Source of the DNA: Paraspadella gotoi
Taxonomy: Eukaryota > Animalia > Chaetognatha
Direction of reading: 5' to 3'
Assembly: GCA_051294375.1 (NCBI GenBank)
Contig: CM119265.1
Coordinates: 16,176,896 to 16,240,895 of the forward strand
Length of the DNA stretch: 64,000 nucleotides
Shown one piece after another: positions 12,683 to 26,075 of this stretch (its first letter is position 1; the number at the start of each line of letters is the position of its first letter). The position numbers and the translations under genes are program-made. The notes beneath the pieces are model-generated. The model saw only the letters and a program-made list of their open reading frames with translations. It was not told where the DNA came from and did not search any database.

Positions 12683-15557
12683 AATCGCATTCTCTCAATA
12701 CTCTCTCTTTCTCTCACTTTCCCATAATATAATCCCTCACCTCTCTTAGTGATTTCATATCCCTCTTTCATTCCCGCGGATTGCCGGCAAGCATCGATCC
12801 CCTCCCCCTCAGCTGGGGTCAAATGGACGTCCAGCATCATTTTTATTTTTCGTTTTGACGACGACGAGACGAAACCTGTTATTATTACCGACGATCCCCA
12901 AATGATTAATCTTATAACGATAAGCGTTTTAATAACGAGCGCCCATCCGCTTTCGCAGGCTCTTCTACTTTCTTATGGTGAATTATGGTTGTCTATAGAA
13001 TTCCCCGGAACGGCCGGAAACAATATGGCGATAAGATAACGACGACGGAAAACGCCGACGACGACGACTTGCGCTTTCCGGCATAAAATGCCGAAAAATC
13101 GTTAATCAGATTTACAAGAAAATTGCGGACGCAATCACGGAGAATTTCGTGTTTAAACCATCTCGAGCTTCTTTTTTTTTTTTCTTTCACGAATGAACCG
13201 TCTCCCCTCGAGAGGCCTAATCCTCGTTCTCTCTCCAAATTCTCCCTCGGAGGATTTTTCCAAGCCTTTCTCTCCAAACTGCCGCCCTCAAATCCTCTCG
13301 CTCGTCTTGTCCACTGTGAAGACGGCGTGATTTGTCGCCCGCAGATCCTTCATTCTCGGCCGTGCAATCATTCCTTGGAAACGATGAATCGTACGAATCT
13401 CTTAAGGACGAGAAGACGCGGAAGTGGCGGTGCGAGCGACGTTCCGCACATTTTGCGGGCGACGGCGGGCGCGTTGTTCCAGTTGTCGGCGATGCGTGAG
13501 GGACGACATTCTGGGATTTCCCTTCTCTATTTCCCTTTTTCATCATGAACTTATTTTTCTCCTTTTATTTCTTTTTTTTTTTTTAACTTCGGTTCTTAAA
13601 TTATCATTTTATATTCCACAAGTTTATCAAATAGTGTTTTTAGCGTATTCCGTACAAGTTAAGTATTATGTCTTAACGGATTTACTTTATATTTATTTTT
13701 CTTGCCTCGGCCTTCTTTTTTTGGCCTTTACTTTTTCAGGCTCAAACCAGTTGTCAATTTGAAGATACCAAAAAAAGTCGCCCGAAATACTAGCCAGCCT
13801 TTATCTCTTTTCTTGCCAATCTTTTTCGTTTCGCCTTTTGCCTTTCCAGTTTTCCTTGTCGGATCTTTGATTCTCCTCCTCCTCCTCCTCCTTCTCTCCT
13901 TTTTTTTTTTTTTTTTTTCCGCCACTACTTCCTCCACAACGATTGTGAAATTGGATTTTCCAGATGGATACCCGAAAAGTCTTTCGAGTTCGCAAGAAAG
14001 TCTGGAAATCTTGTGCCAGGCGACCTGGGACCGCGAGCATCAGCACCTCGAGAGATAAACGAATGAAACTCAGGGATTTTAGGCAAAGGCAGCGGTTTAA
14101 GCAGGGTGACGAGGAGGTTCCGTGTGACTTGGTACCATGGCTACCCCTCAAAAAAAAGCTGGTAGGGTTTTTTTTAAAAGGGTGCGAAAAACTTACCGAA
14201 TGAAATTGACACGGTCGTTCAGGGCGAGCGTACGGAGGCCCGAGAAATATGAAAGTGCCTTCAAACTTTTCCCTATTCCATTTTCGATTTTCTGATTTCT
14301 ATTTCCTTTCATTTGGGGAAGTCTTGTTTAGCGGTAGTATTTCAATACCCCCGTAATTTCGTTCCTATGGCGCCGGAGGTTAACCAAGAGCTCCTCCCAA
14401 ACCAAAGGACGAGGGTTCGGCCCTTGCTGATTCACACAAGACAGCGCGACGGGGGGCGTCTTAACTCCCACCTGTCGTGACTGACTCACGCCCGATCCGA
14501 TGTTCGCCACCTTGTTGTGTCAAGAGACGGTTGAACTGCTCGCGGCCATCGTCTTCCACTAGACACTAATCTTGGCTTTGGACATTGACAAATTGGATTT
14601 CCGCCCGCTGGTTTGAAGCTCGACTTTAGGTTTCTTAAGTCGCCACTCAAATTCTAAAATTGCAACTAGAAGTTGAATGCATATATTATATAGCTTTTTT
14701 GCTGTTTCTTGCCTTCCCAAATTAAAAAAATTTTGAATTATTTTTTTTGAAAGAATAAAATATTACTATAATATTTTGTATATATATTATTCTACGTGAG
14801 TCTATACCACTTTTAATGAATCAACTTGCTACTAAACGGCGTTTCGCCAACAGCGCCCTCTTTCGCTTATCGAATTATATTTAAAAAATCGACTAACAAT
14901 ATTTATAAAGGTTGCCACGTCCTGTTTTTATTCGCCCAACTTTTATTATGTTTTTTTTTTTTTGTATTTTTTTAAACCTTTTTTTCTCTTATTGAGTTTT
15001 TTGCTCGCGTAAGATATTTTTGGAATAGCACCAGACTTTTATGAGTATTATCGATAAAATGTAGTGAATTTATTTGAATTTGAATTTTATTTTAAAAATT
15101 GAAATTTAAAATTTATAATTGGGTTGTGATGAAGTTGGTTCACATTTTTACGTCAATCTAGAACGACAATTATGTTTTTTTTAATATCGAATTTTCTCCA
15201 ACGCAATTTTTTTTTTACTTCACAGCGCAAGAGGTTTTTGGTCTCTCGCGATATTTCGTTACGGTTGTTGGAAATTAATTGAATTTTACGATGTACTATC
15301 AATCTAATATAAAATTTAGTATAATTTTCATTAATGGTCGTTTAAACTAAGTGCTATTTCAGCTTGCAAATATTTAACAGACACTCTTAGGAACGAAAGC
15401 AAAAAGGACCAAAAGTGTTCTTTCTGGTCCAATAAAGGGAAAACATGACAAACAGAAAGAGAACGACTATCAAGGCAACGACTAACGCAGAAGATTTAGG
15501 CGTCCAATCAATTTACCCATATTTTGCTTCTTTCTTTTTCTGTTTTTTGCTATTTCC
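9005..15557. repeat. Copy B of the ~7-kb tandem duplication
   Basis: Collinear with 1769-8730 but with many scattered 1-2 bp indels. Confidence 0.9.
11428..11609 (-). mobile_element. Duplicate of the 4131-4301 solo-LTR-like element
   Basis: Same sequence and flanks inside duplication copy B. Confidence 0.7.
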
Positions 15558-15604
15558 TTAAGTTCTAATGTTGCTGTTCTCTTGGTTACTTTTACCACAT
15601 CTCT

Positions 15605-15682
<78 letters not shown>

Positions 15683-16600
15683 ACTCTTCTCTCTCTCACA
15701 TGTCTTCCCCACTTTCTAAGTTTCCTCGGCTTCCCTCTCCGNNNNNNNNNNNNNNNNNNNNNNNNNCTCTCGTCCTTTTCTCTGAAAAACATTCACAGCG
15801 TGAGATTTGGAACAAGAGTCTCACATTCCACATTTTAAATGGAATTCATTGACGCGGTCCAAATAAATCCTGATAAACCAACAAACCGCTTTCGCGACGG
15901 GACTCCGGTTTTTTTTTGTTTTTTGTTTTTTTTTTGTTTCCCCGTTCCGTTTCCTTGGCAACTACGAAAGCTTTTTCTTTCGAAACACTTTGATCTTTAA
16001 GTCGGAGATCTTCGAAGAGGGGATAAGTGAATTCTGTAACGGATGTCTTGAAGGGGGGGGGAAGGATTTTGAAGACTACTAAATTAATTAAAATTATGAG
16101 ATAGTTTTTTGTTTCGTTGTCACAAACAAAATTATCATCTTCATGGATTAGTTTCATCTAGTTTTCTAGTTTTTTTTTCCTTCGATACACCGAAAAAAAA
16201 TTATAGGAGGAAAAAAAGGAAAGAAAACCCGAAGAAAGAAAAAAAAGATGGAAAAAAAAGAAGAATCGGGCGAGGAGCGTCTAGCATCTGCAATCATGCT
16301 AACCTGATTACCATACGACCTTCGCGCTTTTTTTTTATTAGCCATTCATCCCCCATCCGAACCCTCCTTTTCTCCAGCTTTGACCCTTTACACCCCCAGT
16401 CCTTTCTCAACCCCTCGGGTCACTCCCGAATTCATTCCCCCTGCCCTCATTCCAGGTTTTATTCCATTCCTATCCCCGGTCCTTCTCCCAACCGACCCCA
16501 CATCTCGGCCATTTAAAAATCTTTTTGCTTTTCAACTCTTTCCCTTTTGCCTTTGAGCGGTTCGCTTAATTTTCTACGCTTTCATCTTTCATAATTTTCC

Positions 16601-16631
<31 letters not shown>

Positions 16632-16909
16632 GAAGTTTAGCTTCTCGTTTACAAAAATAAAAAGTTTTTATTTTGGTTAAACAACCAAATAAATTTAGAA
16701 CGGACATGTTTCGGTTCTTATTTACAAAGTGTTTAGCTTCTAAAATAATTTACTTTTCTTTAGTTAAAGAAAACAAAGCTTATCGGTTGTCTGTCTTTCT
16801 GTGTCGTAATATTGAATTGTTAAAACCGATTAAAATATTAATTTTATCTCTGAAACTGGCACGTTCGTTTATTTTCAAAGTCGGCGATTAAAAATTGTCT
16901 CAAAGAATT

Positions 16910-17175
16910 TGAAACAGCCGGGTGCCGAGCTGGGTGGGGCATCTTATATGTTGGAGTTGTGGGATTCGGACCCTCAATAGTGAAAGCCGACACTGGCGGT
17001 GTAACTTCGGTACTGTTACGCGTTGCGAACGCAGCGGGAAGTCGTTAGAAGAGTGGAGAGTACGCGGTACGCACTGTTGGAAAGATGCGTTCCCCTACTG
17101 AACCGCTGGTCCTAAAGGTGGTAAGAGGTGAGGCGGTGTGAATTTTTCCCCCACAGTCTTACCTTACCACCGCAT
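16910..17175 (-). mobile_element. Divergent member of the small LTR-like family
   Basis: Shares ACAGCCGGGT, GGGGCATC, GGG..TTC.GACCCTCA, TGCGTTCCCCT and GTGAGGCGGTGTGAA blocks in the same order; no clean TSD. Confidence 0.6.
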
Positions 17176-19466
17176 AAGTTGAAATTCGCTCTACCAAAAA
17201 GAATATTATTTTCAATTGCTAAACAACGCTCATTACGCCACGACGAAATTCATTCCTATCAGCAGCGAATTCGCTCCCCAGTCTCCCCTTCAGAAGCGAA
17301 ACTGATTTCCCCAGAAGCGGATTTTCATTTCCAGTTCGAAGCCGAAACGGAAATGAGTCGTCGATTCGAAAAGGGAATCGAGTTTTGGACCTGGAGGTTT
17401 TATTGGTGACCCTCCGACCGACCGACCGACCGACCGGCGCCTCCCGTTTGTTTTTCCCAAGCGACGTTGGATAATCAATCAGGGCCTTTGAGTAAACAAG
17501 GGGGCTCTCTCTTGCGGTGGAGGCCGAAATGAACACAACTGGGGGGGGGGGAAGCCAAATAATGAAAATTTTACAAACTCATAGAAAAAAGTTTTTAACT
17601 TTCTATGCTCATGCAACAAATTGTAACTTTATATTAACGGATACAGAACAAAGGATACAGAATAAAAAAAAAAAAAAACAACGAAAAATCTCCGCAGAAA
17701 CTTTGAAAATATTTCGAACGAATGAATCATACGAGTCAAAGAATAACCATACTTAATTTCTCGATGATATCATATCCCAGACGAAAGTTCAACTAAAAAT
17801 AAAGGACGTTAAATCAAAATTATCAGGCAAAAATATGAAAAGTTAACGACGGAAATAACGACGACGACGACGACGACGACGAAGAAGAAGAAGAACTTGG
17901 AACGAATTCTTGGAAGACGACCGTATGAGAAGCAGGTTCTGGAATACGAATCGAAAGGGTTAGCGGATCGGTTCCCGCCTCCTCTATATTCTTTTTTCGC
18001 TTTCGCCTTCACCTTCATTCCGATTTCCCGCCGTTCTTCGGTTTCCATTATTCGCCACGATCCCTCAATTCTCGCCCTCCTTCGGCCTTCGAACGTGAGG
18101 ATCCGCCAAGGCCGAGGAAAAAAAAATGCCAAGAATATTCCGCCCCGAAGAGTCTCGTGGCCAAAGAACCAAATTTCGCGGAAGATTTCTCGCTTTTTAT
18201 ATTTTGGGGGAGTGGTGGCAGAGGGGTGGGGCGTGGGGGGCGGAGTCTGATGGGGATTCGAGGAAAATACGGTGCCATGGTTGACGAATTGGCTGAATTG
18301 AGAAAATATGAAAGGATGGTGAGGAAAGCGGGCGGTGGTGGGGGGGGGCATATATCATAATGTCGAAAAAAAATGGGGCAACTATTCTGTCGGTCAAACT
18401 GAGAGGCCGAAGCAAAAGATTGAGAATATATAATTGTATATATAATTGCAATACAATACAAATGTACAAATGTAAAAAGCAGATGAGATACTAAACGACC
18501 TAGCTCGAGATTTTTCCCCATAAAACCCTAAAAAAAGAGAAAGAGAGCAAATTGGAACGTAAAAAAAGATTTGAAGTTTCTATCTCGTCTCCGACTGACG
18601 ACGAAAATTCCAGGCGAATTTATCGTAAAAACAGTAAGAAAAGTAATGACGTCGTTAATCCGAAGTGGAAGGATCGTTAAATACGGAGACGATGGTTAAT
18701 TCGCTCCGATTTATTCAGTTTTTGCGGTATTTTTGTAGGCGGTTGGATCGAATTGTTCGTGAATCGGAGAAATAATTAAGTCAAGAAGAAAAAAAAATAA
18801 TTATTTTATGCGTCATTGTTAATGCAACACGTGCGGAAATTCCATATAATTTTCATATTGGTTGTACCAATTTCATATATCAAAGACAGTGTCGTTCTGA
18901 CCCAAAAAATTGTTCGAAATACACCTTTGGCAGCCGTCCCCTCCCTCTCTCTCTCTTTTTTTTTTATCTATCTTTCTTTCTCTCTTTCCTTCTATCTCTT
19001 TTTTTTCTTTTTCTTTTTCCGGAAATCCACAACGGATTTTACACAATGGACCTCGGTGCGCGGAGCTCGAGCCTGTCTCAAGGACTCGCATTTAATACAA
19101 GCGTGGCAGAAAAGATACGACCGAAATATAAAATAAAACATTGCTCACTCTCTCGCTGTCTTGCTCTCTCTTTCTCTCTCTCTCTCTCTCTTTATCTCGG
19201 GCGGCTTTCCAATATTTTCTTTTTTATGATAAAAAAAAGCGGCTGAACCCTTCGAGCGAGAGGAGGGAAAAAAGAGGAGAGTTGAGTGCGAGGAGAAGAA
19301 GGAAAGAAAAAAGAAAAGGAAGGAAAGAAAATGTGTTATGAAAAGAAAAGGAAAGATTGTTGAGGAAAATTGAGAGCAGAAGGGGAGAGTGAAAGAAGAG
19401 AAAAAGAAAAGAGTTAAAGAGGAAGCGGAAGTAAATACTACAAGGACAAAGGAGAAGAGAGTAAAA

Positions 19467-19526
<60 letters not shown>

Positions 19527-19660
19527 GAATGAGAAAAAAAAAGAAACAAAGGAACATCGGGGAAAAAAAACTAAAGACGAACAAATTAAAAAGGAATATT
19601 AACTTAACGTACGTCTATTTGAAAGATAGAAAAAGGGAAAGAGAGAGAGAGCGAGAGAAG

Positions 19661-19742
<82 letters not shown>

Positions 19743-20214
19743 TTTTGGTTAAAAAGGACAAATCTTATTACTTTTGGCTTTTCTAAGAAATCGGTGAATC
19801 GTATCACCAAGATTTTGAGTCTGCGTGAGAGAGAGAAAGAGAGAGAGAGAAAGAGAGAGAGAGAAAGAGAGAGAGAGAGCGAGAGCGAGAGAGCGAGAGC
19901 GAGATAGCGCGTTTTCTCCACTCGAGCGGAAGGAGGATAAAAAATTTTGTCCCAAATCAAGAGTCGAAAATTTGTAATAGAATTCGCGGTTTTTTTATCT
20001 GTTTCCTGCGGAGATTCGCTTTTTGAGCAGAAGTTATCTTTTGGAGGAAGAAAAGGCGATTTTAAACAGAGAGAAAATCACTGTTAGCAAATGAATGACA
20101 CTTCCTCTTAACGTCGTATATTTTCTTAGCGTAATCCCATCACTGCTATCACATTGAAGTGACAACACAACGTTATACAATAAAAAAAAACGCGTTCTTC
20201 TTATTCTTTTCCAG

Positions 20215-20377
20215 GTACATGAAGGAGTACGAAGAAAAATACGAGAAACGTCCGAACGTGGACGAGTCTCCTTTGAACGGACCGGCGGCGATGAACGGAC
20301 AGGCGCTGTCTAAGAGCTACGACTCGCTCTCATCCAATGACAGCTTATGACTAGAAGGCCTGAACGGGGACACTCAG
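20215..20377 (+). CDS. Probable terminal coding exon of an unidentified host gene
   Basis: Pyrimidine tract with TTCCAG acceptor; frame YMKEYEEKYEKRPNVDESPLNGPAAMNGQALSKSYDSLSSNDSL*; CAG|GTAGGA donor after the stop. A possible upstream exon ends ATG|GTGAGG near 18318. Confidence 0.4.
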
Positions 20378-20669
20378 GTAGGAAGAGGTGCCGTCGGGAA
20401 CGGGATTTAAATTACTTTACTTTTTCTTTTTTGAAACCAATTTTCCTTTCAAAAATTCGATATCTGTGTTCATCAATAGAAATCGATGACAACTGAGAAT
20501 TATGTAAATTTTTTCGAAATCCTTTTACAGATAGTACACAGCGGAAAGCACAAAGTGATCGTCAAGAGTGGTTGCGCGTCGACGGCGCCGAGGGAGGATT
20601 CGGCCTCGTCGAGAAATCGTCTTCGAGGTTGGTTTACGTCTTTAGCACTTTAAACTTTAAACTTATTTG

Positions 20670-20929
20670 TATGGCAACAGCCGGGTTACTTGTGATGTGC
20701 ATTTTGATGGGGCATCGCATTGTTGGGGTTGGGGGCTTCCGACCCTCAGTGACCTTAGGACGGTCTCGCTTTGCCAACACAGAGGGAAGTCATTGGAAGG
20801 TGCGTTTCCCCTCTGAGCAGAAGGGATTGGGCTGAAATATGAGCTGGAGGTGAGGCGATGTGAACAATGTACAATGTACACTGTACAATGTACAATGTAC
20901 ATACAATGTATAATGTACATACCGCCACA
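20670..20929 (-). mobile_element. Small solo-LTR-like element (260 bp) with 4-bp TSD TTTG
   Basis: Same termini as 4131-4301; TTTG at 20666-20669 and 20930-20933; contains an internal (ACAATGT)n expansion. Confidence 0.8.
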
Positions 20930-21939
20930 TTTGCATATTATCCCAGTTCAAGAATAGAGAGATTGAGGCAATTGAATGACAACAAAGAATTTTTTAGTTA
21001 AATTAGCGGTAGCCTACTCTTTATAAAGCTCAACGAGAAAAAAAACATCGATAAAAGAAATTAAGTATCCACAGAAGCTCACGCACAAAAAAAAATAATT
21101 TTGAAACCGGAACCCGAAATTTTAGTGAGAAAACAAAGTTTCTTTTGTTAAATTTGCTATTAACAAACGGTTTAAAGGCTTCTTAAAGAAAACTCTATGC
21201 ACCAAAATATCGTTTACATAAAACAAATTACCCTCAAATTTGTCTCCTTCTCATTTGAGAACAGCAAGAAGCGAAACGGTTATATCATAAAACCTCTCAC
21301 ATTAGAATTCGCCCTAAATTTTTGCTCTCATGAGGTGGACGATATTCTTATCATCATTCAGCGGGCCTGCGGGTTTTTTTTTTCTTTCATTTTTACTGTT
21401 CGTTTTGAACTCAGCTTGTCAGCAGTAGATCTTGTGCGGGAACAAGACGACACCGGGGACGACGAATGATGACGACGGACGATAGACATCGAAGAATGTA
21501 ACCACGGGGTCAGAACCAGTTCTGCGTAGAGTGTTGACAATGAACTGTCTATTTCCAGTCCGGTTTTGTCACGGTGTTGGGGCCAAGAAACTATACAAGT
21601 CTCAACTTAGAAAGATATTGATTTTACTCTGTATTTAACCTGATTTTGGGCTTTAATCTTACTTCAGTTCTTGCTTGTCGGAAATATACTGATATTAAAA
21701 AAATGAGAAATCTGTTATGAAATAGCGCGAATATCATATTTACTTAAAGAACGAAGTATCTTGACGAGCAGAATAGACTGTGTATCTTATGTATATTATG
21801 TAATTATATAGTATATTAATACGTATATTATTATAATTCTCTTTGTGATTATAAGATAAGTGAGTTTATGCAACTTTTTAGCAGGAGTATGTTTAATTAA
21901 ATTAGTACCGAGTCGGCGATTCTAATATATATATTCGGA

Positions 21940-22648
21940 ATCTGGCTTTGACGAATAAGAATAAGAACCGAGATTACTACTACGACCAAACTAGACCGAC
22001 GTTTGACCAACGACGTTATCTACGACGACGTTAAGAACGAAGACCGACCCGGGAAACGGGGAAAATCGCATGTTGCGACCAATCCTGGGACGCTGGATTG
22101 ACGTCCCGGGGAAACGAGGCTATGAGTGAAAGAGGTTGGGGGAGTGGGCGCGGGGTGACCGGCGGGTGACGCGGGAGCGCGGGTGTTCGAACTCATCATC
22201 TCAACAAGGTTTTGAGAGGAAAGTGAGGCAAGGGTGCGTTAATAGGTTCCTATTTCGACTGACCGAGTCAGGCCCGGGAATCGCCTCCATCAATAAAAAT
22301 GCAATTTCGTCGATTCACGAATTGAGGCGTTTGGCGCGGTGGGATGAGCGGCAACACGTCGAAGTCGGCCATGGCGCATCCCTAGGACCGCTTGAGTTTT
22401 AAGGAGAGAAGATATTCCCTTGGATTGGTCGTAATGAAACGGTCTGATTATGTATAAATAAAATAATAAATTATGTATAAATTAAAGAAAATTTGAGGAG
22501 GATTCCCGTTAAAGATTGAAAAAGGAAATGACGAAGGATGGGAGCTGCAGAAGAAGATCGAAAATGAAGGAAAAGTCGCCGTGAGGGGGACTGGGCAAAC
22601 ATTCCCCGACGCAGAGCGATCGTTACCGAGGCGAGGTCAACTGAGAGA

Positions 22649-22726
<78 letters not shown>

Positions 22727-23299
22727 AGAGAACGAGTTTGAATAGAGGTTGTTAACCTCGATTTTGTTGGATGCATCTCTGTCCGTTTGGCGTCAGAAGT
22801 TGGACGAGTCTCTGTTGATTAACAAAACTTAATAGATAAAATTTCTAACATTTTAAAGGATTAGTCCGATCCGTAAGGTGTTTCATATTATTCATATTAT
22901 TCAGTGTTATCAGTGTCACGAAATTCCACGTGTTCGACGCTTCAGCGAGGTAAAAAAGGTCAAAGCTTAGCCCTTAGCTTTAAGCTTAAGCTTAGCCTCT
23001 AAAACCTTAAGCTTAGGGCTTAATAAACATCCTTGAGTTTTGAAAGGCAAGCATTAAATATTCAAACGCGTATTGAAGGTATGCTTCAAAACACTTGCTC
23101 GTCATGGCGCAATTTTTTGATTCACATATCGTATTATGCGCCCCCGTTCTTTGCACTGAAGATTGAACTTCCTTTAATTCTACTTCCTACCAGTTTATTT
23201 CGTCGCAAAACCTTTTTCAAAAGAGAATGTTGCGTCGCCAAGATTCATGTAATCAGGTTAAACAAAAAAACAAATATTTTTTTTTTCATATTTTTTAAT

Positions 23300-23346
<47 letters not shown>

Positions 23347-23519
23347 TATATTATTTATTATTTAGTTATTTATTTATTTATTTATTTATTTAGTTTATTT
23401 ATTATGTTATTTATTTATTTATTTATTTATTTATTTTATTTATTTATTTATTTATTATATTTATTTATTAATCGCTTTCTTCTTCTCCATCTCTCTCCTC
23501 TCTCTTCATCCTTCTCTCT

Positions 23520-23557
<38 letters not shown>

Positions 23558-23854
23558 TCTCTCTCTCTCCTTCTCTTTCCTCTCTCTCTTCTCTCTCTCT
23601 CTTCTCTACCTATCTCCTTTCTCTCTCAGTTTAACTATCTTTTCTATCCTTTTTTAGTCAAATCATTAAAAGGAAAAAGGAGGGCGACTAGCAATTTCTT
23701 TTTACAATTCCCCTGCACGAAGATTGTAGACACGGGCCGCGCATTCAATCGACTTCTCTCTCTCTCGTCTCTCTGTCCTCTCTATCTCTTCTTTCTTTTT
23801 CTTTCTTTCTTCTTTCATTTCTTTACTTTCTTTCTTTCTTTCTTTTTCTTCTTC

Positions 23855-23886
<32 letters not shown>

Positions 23887-25389
23887 TATTTATTATTTAT
23901 TTATTATATTTATTTATAAATTTATTTATTTATTTATTTATTTCTTTATCTTTTGTATTTCTTTCTTCTCTATTCTTTTTTCTTTCTTCTTTCTTTCTTT
24001 CTTTCTTCTCTTTCTTTCTTTCTTTCTTTCTTCTGCTCTTTCCTTTCTTTCTTAATTACCACAGTTCTCTTTTCTTCCTCAGTGTAACTTTCATCAGATT
24101 CGCCTTGTCAGCGTGTCAAATAATTTTAACACCATGCGTGGACACGAACCATTTGCACCATGAAAATGCCTATTGCGTCAACAGTTCGCCACGACGCTAT
24201 ATTGGCGCGATGGCTCCTAAAGACGTGGCCTCGTTTCTCAGCAACGCCGACGCTGTCGCGGGTCGTGCGAATAAAGTCTGCGCTTCGAGTCCTTATCGAT
24301 TCCGCACGCAGACGACGACGAGGGTGCACTCAGAAACGGCTAGATGCACTCAGATAACGACAGCGTGCACGCAGACGGCAAGAGTGCACTCAGATGACGA
24401 CGAGGGTGCACGCAGATGGCTAGAGTGCACATCAGATGCGACGAGGGTGCACGCAGGACGGCTAGAGTGCACTCAGATGGCGACGAAGGGTGCACGCAGA
24501 TGGCTAGAGTGACTCAGATGGCGACGAGGGTGCACGCAGACGGTCAGAGTGCACTCAGATGGCGACGAGGGTGAATGCAGTGCATTTCACACAAAAGAGA
24601 ACGTAATACGAAATCTACGTGGTATGGTTTGGTCTTCATTCGTGTGCGGACTGTGGAACATCGGGGGTTTTTTTTTCACGTTTAACAGTCTCGACCAAAC
24701 TTTTTACTGACCAATTTTTACATGACATAATTTTTTTAAAAGAGTCATTATTCATCTCCATTTTTTTTTTTTTTTTATTCAACAACTTCCAATTAGGGAC
24801 GAAGAATCATTTGCATTTGAATGTTTTTGATTCGCCAATCGTCCGCTGCGTGAAGAGAGGCGCTGTTTGAGCAGCGATTCGAGGAATTACCTTTTTAAAT
24901 TCACGCTTTCTATTCTTTAATTGCCTATTATTTTTACCTAAGAATAGTATTAAACCTAATTAACACTTTGACGTAAATAAAAAAAAAAAAAGAAACAAAA
25001 CTGAGTCTTTTGTTTGAAACTACGAAAGAGACGAGTCGTATTGTTAGTCACCCTGGAGGGAATTTAACAACTGGCGAATATTTTGTTTTTGTTATTTTCT
25101 TTTCTTTTGGCCGTCAGTCAAAGGCGGAGCTTCCTCTTCTTTTTTTTCAGACTTTTCTGCCAAATCATTTTATGTCTGTTTACATTTTCAATGAGCTCAA
25201 GCACAACAATAACACAAACATATTGAAAAGAAACCTTGCGAAAAATAAGACGCTTGGGCTTTGGCAAATAGTAATTACAATAATATTTTTGACTTTCGAC
25301 TTTACAACTGAATTTATATTAGATGGTAATGCTATCACTATCAGTTACTAGTATAAAATTTAAATGTATTTAAATTTACGTGTATACAC
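21940..25389. repeat. Copy A of a ~3.4-kb dispersed duplication (copy B 57770-61164)
   Basis: Collinear near-identity from ATCTGGCTTTGAC to TTACGTGTATACAC. Confidence 0.9.
24310..24575. repeat. Minisatellite, ~41-bp unit built from two ~20-bp subunits
   Basis: Tandem GCGACGAGGGTGCACGCAGACGGCTAGAGTGCACTCAGATG, about 6 copies; also at ~60020-60332. Confidence 0.9.
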
Positions 25390-25569
25390 TAGGCGTAGTG
25401 AAAGTTACATACGAAAATTCTAAATGTCAATTATGAACAACATATTATCGTGAATATTAATATGTAAAAAAAATTAATTTTATGTGTTTTAATTTTCGCA
25501 GTAGGCATATTTATATATGTACTATCCTTATAAATCGAAAATTTCAAAATAAGCTTTCTTAATTTTGAT

Positions 25570-25803
25570 TGCAGATTTTGAATTCCTCGTCAAAAGTTGA
25601 TAAAAGAAAATATAAATCATTTTTAAAAATTCTTTCATTAAGTGGGTTAAAAATTAAAAAAAAAACTACATTTAATATATAAAAAGTTAATTTTCAGCTT
25701 AAAATATACTTTTTCTAATTTTTGACCCACTTAATGAAGGAAATTTTTCAAAAAGAGACTTATATTTCTTTTATCAACTTTTTATGACGAATCCAAATCT
25801 GCA
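25570..25803. repeat. AT-rich foldback, MITE-like inverted repeat
   Basis: TGCAGATTTTGAATTCCTCGTCAAAAGTTGATAAAAGAAAATATAA...CATTAAGTGGGT mirrored by ACCCACTTAATG...TTATATTTCTTTTATCAACTTTTTATGACGAATCCAAATCTGCA. Confidence 0.75.
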
Positions 25804-25998
25804 AAAAAAATTTTAGAAAAAAAACTGTTTTGAAATTTTAATATTTATTGGATTAGTACTAGTAAAAATGGACGTGCTGAACGATTGCTCCCTCCCTCCC
25901 TGGAAGCATGCAGGGTGGGTTACAATCTGGGGGGCATGTAGTCGGCATTGCCTTAGGTTCACCCCGCTCAAGCATGACACCTTCAGTCCTGACTCCGG

Positions 25999-26058
25999 TG
26001 GCTCATTGGAGCTAAAAGCCGTCAGCTCATGACCACTAGGTACCGGGGGTTCAATCCC
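25999..26058 (+). promoter_or_regulatory. tRNA-like internal Pol III promoter (A box and B box) in LTR1
   Basis: A-box-like TGGCTCATTGG 25999-26009; B-box-like GGTTCAATCCC 26048-26058; intervening CGTCAGCTCATGA resembles a tRNA anticodon arm. Noisier equivalent at ~26406-26462. Confidence 0.65.
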
Positions 26059-26075
26059 AACCCGGTACCTACCCT

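Noticed and set aside
22960-23022. TTAAGC/TTAGGG-like repeats as interstitial telomere (also ~58720-58780)
   Set aside because: The unit is an irregular CCTTAAG-type 7-mer with only a few copies, not a telomeric array.
24310-24575. Regular repeats resembling a CRISPR array
   Set aside because: There are no unique spacers and no cas genes, and the context is eukaryotic; this is a minisatellite.
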